A stretch of DNA of 64,000 nucleotides from Candidatus Nanopelagicales bacterium (lineage in GTDB: Bacteria > Actinomycetota > Actinomycetes > S36-B12), in the NCBI GenBank assembly GCA_049315365.1, contig JBMOKH010000001.1:934-64933 (forward strand), in the 5' to 3' direction. The position numbers and the translations under genes were made by a program. The first letter of the stretch is position 1. Each line of letters begins with the position of its first letter. Positions 28,945-37,861 of this stretch are shown here, in pieces. The notes below the pieces were generated by a model, which searched no databases, had not been told where the DNA came from, and saw only the letters and a program-made list of their open reading frames with translations.

Positions 28945-29621
28945 CCGCTGCCACCGGCTCAATCAGCACACCGGCGTTAGGCTCAGGTTCCATGGAGCAA
29001 GTCGGGGCGCCGAGTGACGCCGAGTTGCTGTCACTGCACGTTGGGGGTGATCCCCTGGCCTTCTCCGTGATCGTCGAACGACACCGAGACCGACTTTGGG
29101 CTGTGGCGCTGCGTACGACGGGTGATCCTGAGGACGCAGCCGATGCGCTGCAGGATGCCCTGATCTCGGCCTTCAAGCGTGCCAGCCAGTTCCGGGGTGA
29201 ATCGGCCGTGACCACCTGGCTGCACAGGATCGTTGTGAACGCCTCGTTGGATCGCCTGCGGCGCAGGGCAGTTCGATCCACGGTCCCGCTCCCCGACGAC
29301 GATACCAAGGCCGGTCGGGCTCTCATCGACCCAACCGATCTCCTAGGGCAGCGTGAGGACCAGATCGCCATCGCGTCTGCTCTTGCAGCCCTTCCCGTTG
29401 ATCAACGGGATGCCATTCTCCTCGTCGATGTCGAGGGATGGTCCGTGGAGGAGGCGGCGGCCATGCTCGACTGCCCCCCGGGAACGATCAAGAGCAGGTG
29501 CAGTCGAGGACGCGCCAAGTTGGCCGTGGCACTTGCCCATCTTCGAAATTCACCGCGGGCAGGGAACCAGGACGTGGTCCCGCCCGTCTTACCCCCGAGA
29601 GGGGATGGCACGCGTGGCTGA
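28941..29621 (+). CDS. sigM: ECF RNA polymerase sigma factor (SigM-like)
   Basis: Region 2 'DALQDALISAFKRASQFRGESAVTTWLHRIVVNASLDRLRRR'. Region 4 'ILLVDVEGWSVEEAAAMLDCPPGTIKSRCSRGRAKL'. ATGA overlap with the pseudokinase stop. Confidence 0.85.
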   Translation: MTAATGSISTPALGSGSMEQVGAPSDAELLSLHVGGDPLAFSVIVERHRDRLWAVALRTTGDPEDAADALQDALISAFKRASQFRGESAVTTWLHRIVVNASLDRLRRRAVRSTVPLPDDDTKAGRALIDPTDLLGQREDQIAIASALAALPVDQRDAILLVDVEGWSVEEAAAMLDCPPGTIKSRCSRGRAKLAVALAHLRNSPRAGNQDVVPPVLPPRGDGTRG

Positions 29622-30381
29622 GCAAGTGGATCTGACAGGGCCGGAGCCCGACGCATGGGTGTCCGCTGCCCTGCGGGTGGAGGCTTCGATGCCCTCGTTG
29701 GTATGGGAGCGACTCGATGCTGCCCTTCGGGATGAGAGTGATGCTCGGGCCCGCCTAGGGGTGACCGATGGCATCGCGACCGTGACCGAGCTCGCCTCGA
29801 GGCGCCGGCGGCCGTCGTTGCTCACCGGGATGGTCGCCGCAGCGGTGGTGCTTGTTGCCGCCGGACTCGTCCTTCCATTCGTGCGGGATTCGGGCGGTAG
29901 CGCGGATTCCATCGTCGCTGGTGAGGCGCCCATGGCGCTCCCCGGAGCGATTGAGGACGCGGCCCCCAAGTCTGCAGGAAGCGCGCCCGCCCGTCAGGTG
30001 GTCGCAAGCGGGATCGACTATTCCGCCGGCACCCTGCCGACCGACGTTCGACAGGTGGTCGACACCATCGGCGCCTCATCAGCGCGACTCATGTCAGACG
30101 TTCAGCCTGATCCCTCAATGACCGAGGGTGTCGAGGGCTTCACATCCTCACTCCCCCTGCTGAAGGCTTGCCTCACGTGGCTCACCGGCAGCGACAAGCT
30201 TCAGGCGCTCTTCGTTGATCGCGCGAGTTTCGAGGGGTCGCCAGCGGCAGTCGTGGTCGTCCCGGCAAGCGGGGCGGTTTCAATCCTGCAGTCTCTCGAG
30301 GTCTGGATCGTCACCTTGGACTGCACCCAGGACGACTCCTCGATCCTCGGGCACGAGACGGTATCCCTCGCCGCCAACTGA
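29605..30381 (+). CDS. Probable anti-sigma factor (single-pass membrane protein)
   Basis: ATG 29605 overlaps the sigma gene's 3' end by 17 nt. One TM helix 'LLTGMVAAAVVLVAAGLVLPF'. Called from position (Rv3912-like). No motif recognised. Confidence 0.55.
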   Translation: MARVAEQVDLTGPEPDAWVSAALRVEASMPSLVWERLDAALRDESDARARLGVTDGIATVTELASRRRRPSLLTGMVAAAVVLVAAGLVLPFVRDSGGSADSIVAGEAPMALPGAIEDAAPKSAGSAPARQVVASGIDYSAGTLPTDVRQVVDTIGASSARLMSDVQPDPSMTEGVEGFTSSLPLLKACLTWLTGSDKLQALFVDRASFEGSPAAVVVVPASGAVSILQSLEVWIVTLDCTQDDSSILGHETVSLAAN

Positions 30382-30457
30382 GGCGACAGATCCCGGGGAA
30401 ACCCGGCCTAGACTTGCACCGCGGGCCATCTGGTCGGCTGCTTCCTGAAAGGCGCAC

Positions 30458-31390
30458 ATGAGCGAGATCCGCGACGTCATCATCATCGGTTCCGGCCCCG
30501 CCGGATACACCGCCGGCATCTACGCGGCCCGTGCCCAGTTGGCGCCGCTCGTCTTCGAGGGATCCGTCACAGCCGGCGGCGCGCTCATGAACACCACCGA
30601 GGTCGAGAACTTCCCCGGGTTCACCGACGGCATCATGGGCCCGGCGCTCATGGAGCAGATGCGCGCACAGGCCGAGCGCTTCGGGGCCGAACTCATCACC
30701 GATGACATCGTGAGCGTCGACCTAGCGGGTGAGACGAAGGTCGTCACCGACGGCTCGGGTGGTGTGCATCGCGCCCGCGCCGTCATCCTCGCCATGGGAT
30801 CCGGATACCGAGAGCTTGGACTCCCGAGCGAGAAGCGCCTCTCCGGCCACGGTGTCTCGTGGTGTGCGACCTGCGACGGGTTCTTCTTTCGCGATCAGGA
30901 CATTGCCGTCGTCGGTGGCGGTGACTCCGCTCTGGAGGAAGCGACCTTCCTCACCCGCTTTGCCAAGACTGTCACCCTCGTCCACCGGCGTGACGCCCTC
31001 CGCGGGAGCAAGATCATGCAGGAGCGGGCACTCGCGAACGAGAAGATGCGCTTCGCCTGGAATAGCGCGGTCGAGGAGATTCAGGGCGAAGCCAAGGTCT
31101 CCGGCATCGTCCTGCGGGACACGGTCACCGGCGAGCTGCGCGACCTGCCGGTCACCGGACTGTTCATCGCGATCGGCCATGATCCCCGATCTGAGCTCGT
31201 CCGCGAGCAGGTGCGCGTCGATGGAGAGGGTTACGTCCTCGTCGACGCCGGTTCGACGAGGACCTCGATCTCCGGTGTCTTCGCGTGCGGCGACCTCGTC
31301 GATCACACCTACCGTCAGGCAATCACAGCGGCCGGGTCCGGATGTGCCGCCGCGCTCGACGCCGAGCGCTTCCTCGCCGCGTCGGAGTAA
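30458..31390 (+). CDS. trxB: Thioredoxin reductase
   Basis: '[19 protein letters not shown]', redox centre 'CATCDG', '[12 protein letters not shown]'. Confidence 0.97.
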   Translation: MSEIRDVIIIGSGPAGYTAGIYAARAQLAPLVFEGSVTAGGALMNTTEVENFPGFTDGIMGPALMEQMRAQAERFGAELITDDIVSVDLAGETKVVTDGSGGVHRARAVILAMGSGYRELGLPSEKRLSGHGVSWCATCDGFFFRDQDIAVVGGGDSALEEATFLTRFAKTVTLVHRRDALRGSKIMQERALANEKMRFAWNSAVEEIQGEAKVSGIVLRDTVTGELRDLPVTGLFIAIGHDPRSELVREQVRVDGEGYVLVDAGSTRTSISGVFACGDLVDHTYRQAITAAGSGCAAALDAERFLAASE

Positions 31391-31442
31391 CCTGTTCCTG
31401 CACGATACTCGTCCGCCAACCTTTACGACCAGGAGTGCCTTC

Positions 31443-31763
31443 ATGGGAGCGACCAAGATCGTCACCGACGCCAGTTTCGCCGACGACGTGCTGCTGAGCA
31501 CGAAGCCTGTTGTGGTCGACTTCTGGGCAGAGTGGTGCGGCCCCTGCAAGATGGTCGCTCCGATCCTCGAGGAAATTGCTGCGGCGAACGACGGAATCGT
31601 CATCGCCAAGCTGAATGTTGATGAGAACCCGCAGACGTCCGCCTCCTACGGAATCACCTCCATTCCCACCTTGAACGTGTACCAGGACGGCAAGGTCGTG
31701 AAGACCATCGTCGGTGCGAAGCCGAAGGCGGCACTGCTTGCCGACCTCGCTCCCTACCTCTAG
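31443..31763 (+). CDS. trxA: Thioredoxin
   Basis: 106 aa with 'VVDFWAEWCGPCKMVAP'. AGGAG lies 8 nt upstream of ATG 31443. The track shows it only as the tail of a 344-aa out-of-context ORF. Confidence 0.97.
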   Translation: MGATKIVTDASFADDVLLSTKPVVVDFWAEWCGPCKMVAPILEEIAAANDGIVIAKLNVDENPQTSASYGITSIPTLNVYQDGKVVKTIVGAKPKAALLADLAPYL

Positions 31764-31767
31764 CGGA

Positions 31768-32805
31768 ATGCTGCTGCGGCTCGGCGCATCCGGCCCGGCC
31801 GTAGACGAGGTTCGCAGCCGGCTTGCCCACCTCGGGCTGCTCGACGAGCAGACGACGGGCGAATACGACGCTCTCGTGGCGGCGGCCGTGCGCGCGTTCC
31901 AGCAGGAGCGGGGTCTGACGGTCGATGGGGTTGTCGGGCCCGACACATACCGGCGCCTCGAGGAGGCGCGCTGGCAGCTCGGTGACCGTGTGCTCATGTA
32001 TGTGCCCGGCCATCTCGTCACGGGCGATGACGTGGCCCAGTTGCAGGGCCGATTGGCCCAACTCGGCTTCGATGCCGGCCGGATGGACGGGATGTTCGGG
32101 CCTCGTACTGATGGGGCTCTTCGTGAGTTCCAAGGCAGCGTCGGAGTCGACACCGACGGGGTCTGCGGCCCGGAGAGCTACCGCGCGTTCGACCGACTCG
32201 TGCGGACAATCAGCGGCGGCAATGCAGCCCGTCTGCGTGATCGTGTCACCTTGTCCGAGCTTCGAACGGGGGTCATGGACAAGGTGGTCGTCATCGATCC
32301 AGGATTCGATGCTGGCGCCGAGATATGCGAGGCCATAGCTGTCCGGGTCGAGGGGCGCCTTGCTATCCTCGGGACCCAGGTCCTTCTCACTCGCTCAGGG
32401 ACCCAGCAGGCGCTCCCCGACGAAAGCAAGCGGGCTGACTTCGCGAATCGCACGGGGGCTGACCTGCTCATTTCCATCAACTGCACCCAGGCGTCCAGCG
32501 CACTCGTCAACGGGGTGGGGAGTTTCTACTTCGGCGAACCGAGCGGGGGGGCGCATTCCACGAGTGGAAGACTCCTCGCCGAGCGAGTCCAAGATGAGAT
32601 CTGCTCGCGTACCGCGTTCCTCGATTGCCGGACGCACCCGCGTACCTGGGACCTGCTTCGCATGACGCGCATGGCGGCCATTCGCATCGACATCGGAAAC
32701 CTGAGCAACCCAGATGATGCTCAGCGACTCCGCGATCCCGATGTGCAGGAGCAGGTTGCCGAGGGTATCGCCAGCGGCGTCACCCGCTTCTGCGCGCCTG
32801 AGTAG
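31768..32805 (+). CDS. cwlM: CwlM-like protein: two PG_binding_1 repeats plus an Amidase_3 fold with degenerate zinc site
   Basis: Repeats 'AVRAFQQERGLTVDGVVGPDTYRRL' and 'ALREFQGSVGVDTDGVCGPESYRAF'. The amidase block reads 'VIDPGFDAG' and 'LISINCTQ' where the family normally has DPGHGG and SIHxN. Confidence 0.85.
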   Translation: MLLRLGASGPAVDEVRSRLAHLGLLDEQTTGEYDALVAAAVRAFQQERGLTVDGVVGPDTYRRLEEARWQLGDRVLMYVPGHLVTGDDVAQLQGRLAQLGFDAGRMDGMFGPRTDGALREFQGSVGVDTDGVCGPESYRAFDRLVRTISGGNAARLRDRVTLSELRTGVMDKVVVIDPGFDAGAEICEAIAVRVEGRLAILGTQVLLTRSGTQQALPDESKRADFANRTGADLLISINCTQASSALVNGVGSFYFGEPSGGAHSTSGRLLAERVQDEICSRTAFLDCRTHPRTWDLLRMTRMAAIRIDIGNLSNPDDAQRLRDPDVQEQVAEGIASGVTRFCAPE

Positions 32806-32933
32806 GAACGACGCTCGCACCGAGCGGCCGAGGCCACAGGAGTCGAGTGATGAAACCTGAGGCAACCCCCACTGCGAGAAGAAGCACAGCCCACATGAGC
32901 ACCCGCTTGATCACGCGTCTATCGTAGGCGCCC

Positions 32934-34226
32934 GTGAGCGGTTCTCGACTTGATCCGTGGGTTGATTCCTACGCTGAGCGTGCGCACGGGATGGCAGCGT
33001 CCGAAATCCGGGCACTTTTCGCCGTGGCATCGCGCCCCGAGGTCGTCTCCTTGGCGGGGGGCATGCCATTCGTCCAGGCCCTGAACCTCGAGACTGTCGC
33101 CGACACCGTCCATCGCCTCATCTCACAGCGCGGAGCCCAGGCACTCCAGTACGGATCCGGTCAGGGCGACGTCCGGTTGCGCGAGCAGATCCTCGAGGTC
33201 ATGGAGCCTGTGGGTGTCAGTGCCCACCCCGACGACATCGTCGTGACAACGGGCTCGCAGATGGCACTCGACCTTGTCACGAGGGTGTTCTGCGACCCGG
33301 GCGATGTCGTGCTCGTTGAGGCGCCGAGCTACGTCGGAGCCCTGGGGGTCTTCCGCGCCTACCAGTGCGATGTGGAGCACGTCGCGATGGATGACGAGGG
33401 GCTCATGCCATCGGCGCTCGAGCAGGCGATCGCCTCGGTTCGGGCGAGTGGTCGCAAGGTGAAGATGATCTACACCATTCCGTCCTTTCACAACCCGGCT
33501 GGCGTCACCCAGGGGCCGGCCCGGCGCGCCCAGAACCTCCAGATCGCCCAGCGAGCGGGAATCCTCGTGCTCGAGGACGACCCTTACGGCCTACTTGGCT
33601 TCGACGGCGAGACCCCGCGAGCCATGCGCGCGGACGACCCCGAGGGTGTCATCTACCTCGGTTCCTTCTCCAAGACCATTGCCTCGGGCCTGCGGGTCGG
33701 GTGGGCGGTGGCACCGCACGGTGTGCGGGAGAAGCTCGTGCTCGCCGCCGAGTCCGCCGTCCTGTGCCCGTCGAACTTCTCCCAGCTCACCGTCTCGGAG
33801 TACCTCGCCACTCAGCCCTGGCGCGAGCAGATCAAGGTGTTCCGGGAGTTGTACCGCGAGCGTCGCGATGCCCTGCTCGACTCCATGGCTGCGTTGCTTC
33901 CCGCTGGCACGAGTTGGACGACTCCAGCGGGCGGGTTCTACTCATGGGTGACCCTGCCGCACGGTCTCGACGCCAAGGCGATGCTCCCCAGAGCCCTCGC
34001 CGCGCTCGTCGCCTACGTCCCCGGGACCGGTTTCTACGTTGACGGCCAGGGCCGGCAGAACCTGCGCCTTTCGTACTGCTTCCCGGAGCCCGATCGCATC
34101 CGTGAGGGGGTTCGGCGCCTCGCATCCGTCGTCGAAGCTGAACTTGACCTCACTTCAACGTTCGGCACCGCCAGCGGGCTACATGAGTCCGCCGGCTCGG
34201 GGGTTCCAGCCCCGGATGTCCGCTAG
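32934..34226 (+). CDS. PLP-dependent aminotransferase, class I/II (2-aminoadipate/aromatic transaminase-like)
   Basis: 'MAASEIRALF', 'LAGGMP', 'YTIPSFHNPAG', PLP-lysine 'GSFSKTIASGLRVGW'. Confidence 0.85.
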   Translation: MSGSRLDPWVDSYAERAHGMAASEIRALFAVASRPEVVSLAGGMPFVQALNLETVADTVHRLISQRGAQALQYGSGQGDVRLREQILEVMEPVGVSAHPDDIVVTTGSQMALDLVTRVFCDPGDVVLVEAPSYVGALGVFRAYQCDVEHVAMDDEGLMPSALEQAIASVRASGRKVKMIYTIPSFHNPAGVTQGPARRAQNLQIAQRAGILVLEDDPYGLLGFDGETPRAMRADDPEGVIYLGSFSKTIASGLRVGWAVAPHGVREKLVLAAESAVLCPSNFSQLTVSEYLATQPWREQIKVFRELYRERRDALLDSMAALLPAGTSWTTPAGGFYSWVTLPHGLDAKAMLPRALAALVAYVPGTGFYVDGQGRQNLRLSYCFPEPDRIREGVRRLASVVEAELDLTSTFGTASGLHESAGSGVPAPDVR

Positions 34227-34280
34227 GGATGAATTCACCTGCGCGACCGTTGTTGATGAGGAACGAGGGGTGAGGGTGCC

Positions 34281-35228
34281 GTGCAGGTTGTCGTCCTAGC
34301 AGGCGGGCTATCGCCCGAGAGGGAGGTATCCCTTCGCTCGGGCCGACGGGTCGCTGAAGCCCTTCGCACGAGCGATACATCCATTGAAGTCACCGAACGC
34401 GACGTCGATGCCACGCTCATCCAGCAACTTTCCGAGCAACCGCCGGCGTGCGTCATCCCACTGCTTCACGGCACCGCCGGAGAGGACGGTGCCCTCCGCG
34501 ATGTCCTGCAGGCACTGCGAATTCCCTTCGTCGGATCGTCAGCGGCCGCCGCCCGGCTCGCCTTCGACAAGCCGATCGCCAAGACGATCGTCGGCATTGC
34601 CGGGATCCCCTCACCAGACGCCATCGCCCTGCCGCACTCCACATTCCGGGAACTTGGCGCCACCGCAGTCCTCGATGCGGTCGTCGCCAGCCTTGGCCTG
34701 CCGATCATCGTGAAGCCGACGAAGGGAGGTTCCGCACTCGGGGCCGCGGTCGTCCGTGAACCGGCGGACCTTCCCGCAGCCATGGTCGGTTCCTTCGCCT
34801 ACAGCGACGTTGCGCTCATGGAGCGCCTCGTCGTCGGCACTGAGATAGCCGTGAGCGTCTACGAGAGCAACGGAGTCGTGATTTCCCTGCCGCCGGTGGA
34901 GATTGTGCCGCCGGACGGGATCTACCACTACAACGCCCGCTACACCGCTGGGATGACTGAATTCTTCATTCCGGCCAGACTCCCGCAGTCTGTGCTGGAC
35001 CAGTGCGCCACTCTCGCCCTCCTCGCGCACCAAAGTCTTGGCCTTCGTGACTGGTCACGCACCGACCTCATCGTTGATGCGGAGGGCACCCCGTGGTTCC
35101 TGGAGGTCAACGCAGCCCCCGGCATGACCGAGACCTCATTGTTCCCGCAAGCGCTCGCGGCGGCCGGTATTCCCCTCGGGGAACTCACCGGTCAACTCGT
35201 GCGCACCGCCATCAAGCGCGGCGCCTAG
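34281..35228 (+). CDS. ddl: D-alanine--D-alanine ligase
   Basis: 'VVVLAGGLSPEREVSLRSG', 'LHGTAGEDGALRDVLQ', 'IVKPTKGGSALG', omega-loop 'YHYNARYTAG' (Tyr retained), 'FLEVNAAPGMTETS'. Confidence 0.93.
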   Translation: MQVVVLAGGLSPEREVSLRSGRRVAEALRTSDTSIEVTERDVDATLIQQLSEQPPACVIPLLHGTAGEDGALRDVLQALRIPFVGSSAAAARLAFDKPIAKTIVGIAGIPSPDAIALPHSTFRELGATAVLDAVVASLGLPIIVKPTKGGSALGAAVVREPADLPAAMVGSFAYSDVALMERLVVGTEIAVSVYESNGVVISLPPVEIVPPDGIYHYNARYTAGMTEFFIPARLPQSVLDQCATLALLAHQSLGLRDWSRTDLIVDAEGTPWFLEVNAAPGMTETSLFPQALAAAGIPLGELTGQLVRTAIKRGA

Positions 35229-35233
35229 CCAAG

Positions 35234-36184
35234 TCAGGTCCTGGCGATGAGGTCGGCTATCCGCCTCAGGTCCTCGGCATCGGCCACCTCGATGACAATC
35301 GTCCCACGGGAGTTCGCGCGTGGGAGGCCCTCCACACGAACCCGCGTGTCTAGCCCATCGCTCAGGCGCTGGGCAACGTCATCGACGAGATCTGCGACAC
35401 CGTGCTCCCGGGGTTTCGGCGCCCGGGCCTTGCGCTCTCGCTTCTTGCCGTCGCCGTCGCCGAGGAGGATCAATTCCTCGACGGAGCGCACGCTCAGGCC
35501 CTCCGCCACGATGCGCTGCGCCAGGGCGTCCATCGCCTCGGGGCTATCGAGTGAAAGGAGCGCGCGGGCATGCCCCGCGCTCAGTACGCCGGCCGCGACC
35601 CGGCGCTGCACGTTTGCCGGGAGCTTGAGTAGCCGAAGGGTGTTCGACACCTGCGGGCGTGAGCGGCCGATTCGCCGCGCCAACTCCTCCTGGGTGCATC
35701 CAAAGTCCGCGAGCAGTTGCTCGTAGGCGGCCGCCTCCTCGAGTGCATTGAGGTTCGCCCGGTGCAGGTTCTCCAGAAGGGCGTCGCGCAGCAGGTCGTC
35801 ATCGTCGGTATCACGGATGATTGCCGGAATCTCGACGAGGCCCGCGAGCTTGCTCGCCCGCAGACGCCGCTCGCCGGCGATGAGCTCGTAGCCGTCCGGC
35901 GCTCGGCGAACCACCACGGGCTGCAGGAGGCCGATCTCCTTGATGGAGTAGACGAGCTCAGCCAGAGCCTCCTCGTCGAACACCGTGCGAGGCTGCCGCG
36001 GGTTCGGTGCGATGAGCTCGATCGGTAGTTCGGCGTACACCGCCCCCATCGCCGCGGGTTCGACCGTGTCGCCCGTGGCGGCCAAAGGGGCAGCCTTTTC
36101 GGACGTCGCTGGCGCCGCCTCCCGGGGGATGAGCGCTCCCAAGCCCTTGCCGAGACCTCGCTGCGGCGCGGTTGCCCTGGCCAT
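35234..36184 (-). CDS. parB: Chromosome partitioning protein ParB
   Basis: 'GLGKGLGALI', 'NPRQPRTVFDEEALAELVYSIKEIGLLQPVVVR', 'GERRLRA', HTH 'TQEELARRIGRSRPQVSNTLRLLKLP'. Confidence 0.96.
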   Translation of the reverse strand: MARATAPQRGLGKGLGALIPREAAPATSEKAAPLAATGDTVEPAAMGAVYAELPIELIAPNPRQPRTVFDEEALAELVYSIKEIGLLQPVVVRRAPDGYELIAGERRLRASKLAGLVEIPAIIRDTDDDDLLRDALLENLHRANLNALEEAAAYEQLLADFGCTQEELARRIGRSRPQVSNTLRLLKLPANVQRRVAAGVLSAGHARALLSLDSPEAMDALAQRIVAEGLSVRSVEELILLGDGDGKKRERKARAPKPREHGVADLVDDVAQRLSDGLDTRVRVEGLPRANSRGTIVIEVADAEDLRRIADLIART

Positions 36185-36221
36185 GGCCGCTACCTTCCGT
36201 CCTGATTGCGCTGGATGGTGA

Positions 36222-37031
36222 TCACGCCATCACCTGCTCGAGCGGGACGATCGCTGCGAATTCATCGCTAGCCTCCCGGTAGGTCAGTGCGCCGGGGGAG
36301 GAGCCGTCGTACGTCATGATCGTCTGTCCGAACGATGGCGCCTCTGACACGCGCACCGCGCGCGGGATGACCGTGTTGAGGACCCGGGTGCCAAAATGCG
36401 TTCGCACTTCATCCACCACCTGCGACGCCAGTCGTGTCCGGCCGTCGTACATCGTCAGGAGGATGGCACTCACCTCAAGTTTCGGGTTCAAGTGGGTCTT
36501 GACCATCTCGACGGTGCGGAGCAGTTGGGACAGGCCCTCGAGTGCGTAGTACTCACACTGAATGGGCAGGAGCAGTTCCCGAGCCGCTACCAGCCCGTTC
36601 AGGGTGAGGAGCCCGAGGGAGGGAGGGCAGTCCATGAGGATGAAATCGAGAGCACGACCCTGCTCGCGCTCGAATTCGGCAATGTGGGTCTCCACCGCCC
36701 GGCTCAACCGGTACTCGCGCGCAACCTGGGATACCAACTCGATCTCGGCGCCCGCAAGGTCGATTGTCGCCGGGGCACCCCAGAGGCCGTCGACATCAGG
36801 GCACGCCTGCACCACCTCACTGAGGGTGGCCTCCCCACTGAGGACCTCGTAGACACCCTTCACACCCTCGTGATGGTCGACGCCGAGTGCGGTTGACGCA
36901 TTGCCTTGCGGGTCAAGATCGATGACGAGGACGGTGTGTCCGCGCTGAGCCAGCGAGGCGGCGACATTGACGGTGGTCGTGGTCTTCCCGACCCCACCCT
37001 TCTGATTCGCGACACTCACAACGCGCGTCAT
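36222..37031 (-). CDS. parA: Chromosome partitioning ATPase ParA (Soj)
   Basis: Deviant Walker A 'VANQKGGVGKTTTTVN', 'VIDLDPQGNAS', 'FILMDCPPSLG'. Confidence 0.96.
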   Translation of the reverse strand: MTRVVSVANQKGGVGKTTTTVNVAASLAQRGHTVLVIDLDPQGNASTALGVDHHEGVKGVYEVLSGEATLSEVVQACPDVDGLWGAPATIDLAGAEIELVSQVAREYRLSRAVETHIAEFEREQGRALDFILMDCPPSLGLLTLNGLVAARELLLPIQCEYYALEGLSQLLRTVEMVKTHLNPKLEVSAILLTMYDGRTRLASQVVDEVRTHFGTRVLNTVIPRAVRVSEAPSFGQTIMTYDGSSPGALTYREASDEFAAIVPLEQVMA

Positions 37032-37063
37032 GCGGGCCAGCCAAGTCCTGCGGGAGTCATCGA

Positions 37064-37079
37064 TGTTTCACGTGAAACA
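37064..37079. promoter_or_regulatory. parS centromere site (perfect consensus)
   Basis: TGTTTCACGTGAAACA, embedded in a longer perfect palindrome catcgaTGTTTCACGTGAAACAtcgatg (37058..37085), 33 nt upstream of the parA start. Confidence 0.85.
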
Positions 37080-37188
37080 TCGATGCTCGTCTCAGTGGTT
37101 GTCGGCCAGCCGAGGCCGCTTGCGGCGGAGTCTGCGGGAATCTGGTTCGGGGACGTGTGGTCGGGGGAAGGAGACGGATGCACGTCGG

Positions 37189-37845
37189 TCATTGTGCCGT
37201 ACCTCGGACCCCGGTCACGACCGTGGTCACGGGCTCGACCACCCCGGCACCGCACTGCACCACCCGCAGATCAACCACGCCGAGCGTCGCTGCAACTCCC
37301 TGCGCGGCCACGACCTCGTCCTGTGCACTGCTCCCCTTGAGAGCAACTAGACGGCCGCCGGCCCGCAGGAGCGGGATCGTCCAACCGAGCAGTCGCTCCA
37401 AGGGTGCCACGGCCCGCGCCGTCACCACGTCTACGCCGCTCCATCCCGGATCAGCGCACAGGTCCTCCGCCCGACCGCGCCGAACCACCACTCGGTCGTC
37501 AAGGCCGAGGTCGGTAACAACCGTCTGTAGGAAGGTCGCCCTCCGTAGCAGTGGCTCGACAAGTGTGATTGCCAGGTCTGGTCGTGTGATCGCCCAGACG
37601 AGCCCTGGCAGACCCGCCCCCGATCCGACATCGGCAACCGTCGCGCCTGATTCGACGAAGACCTCACCTGGGCCCACCACCACGGCGCAGTTGAGGAGGT
37701 GTCGGGACCACAGGCGCGGCACCTCCCGGGGTCCAATGAGGCCCATCTTGACGCCCGCCGAGCTCAGGACGGCCGCGTAGGCATGCAGTGGCTCAGTGAA
37801 GGGATCGAGCCACGGCGGGAGTTCGACGGGTTCGGCGGGTTTCAC
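37189..37845 (-). CDS. rsmG: 16S rRNA (guanine527-N7)-methyltransferase RsmG (GidB)
   Basis: SAM motif 'VADVGSGAGLPGLVWA' and 'LVEPLLRRATFL'. GTG start at 37845. Confidence 0.93.
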   Translation of the reverse strand: MKPAEPVELPPWLDPFTEPLHAYAAVLSSAGVKMGLIGPREVPRLWSRHLLNCAVVVGPGEVFVESGATVADVGSGAGLPGLVWAITRPDLAITLVEPLLRRATFLQTVVTDLGLDDRVVVRRGRAEDLCADPGWSGVDVVTARAVAPLERLLGWTIPLLRAGGRLVALKGSSAQDEVVAAQGVAATLGVVDLRVVQCGAGVVEPVTTVVTGVRGTAQ

Positions 37846-37853
37846 GTGAAACG
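37838..37853. promoter_or_regulatory. Second parS-like palindrome overlapping the rsmG start codon
   Basis: GGTTTCACGTGAAACG matches 14 of 16 positions of parS. Only the two outermost positions differ, and they change symmetrically. The rsmG GTG (37845..37843) lies inside it. Confidence 0.65.
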
Positions 37854-37861
37854 GCCGGGGT

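Noticed and set aside
30722-32153. Long minus-strand ORFs 30722..31609 and 31323..32153, and the plus-strand ORF 30729..31763
   Set aside because: They overlap trxB, trxA and cwlM out of frame or antisense. Only the last 106 codons of 30729..31763 (trxA, from ATG 31443 with its own AGGAG) are real.
32780-32914. 44-codon minus-strand ORF encoding a single-TM peptide (VIKRVLMWAVLLLAVGVASGFITRLLWPRPLGASVVPTQARRSG)
   Set aside because: Third-position GC is only about two-thirds, lower than it appears in neighbouring genes. It overlaps the cwlM 3' end, has no SD and no recognisable family. It could only be rescued by conservation or Ribo-seq evidence.
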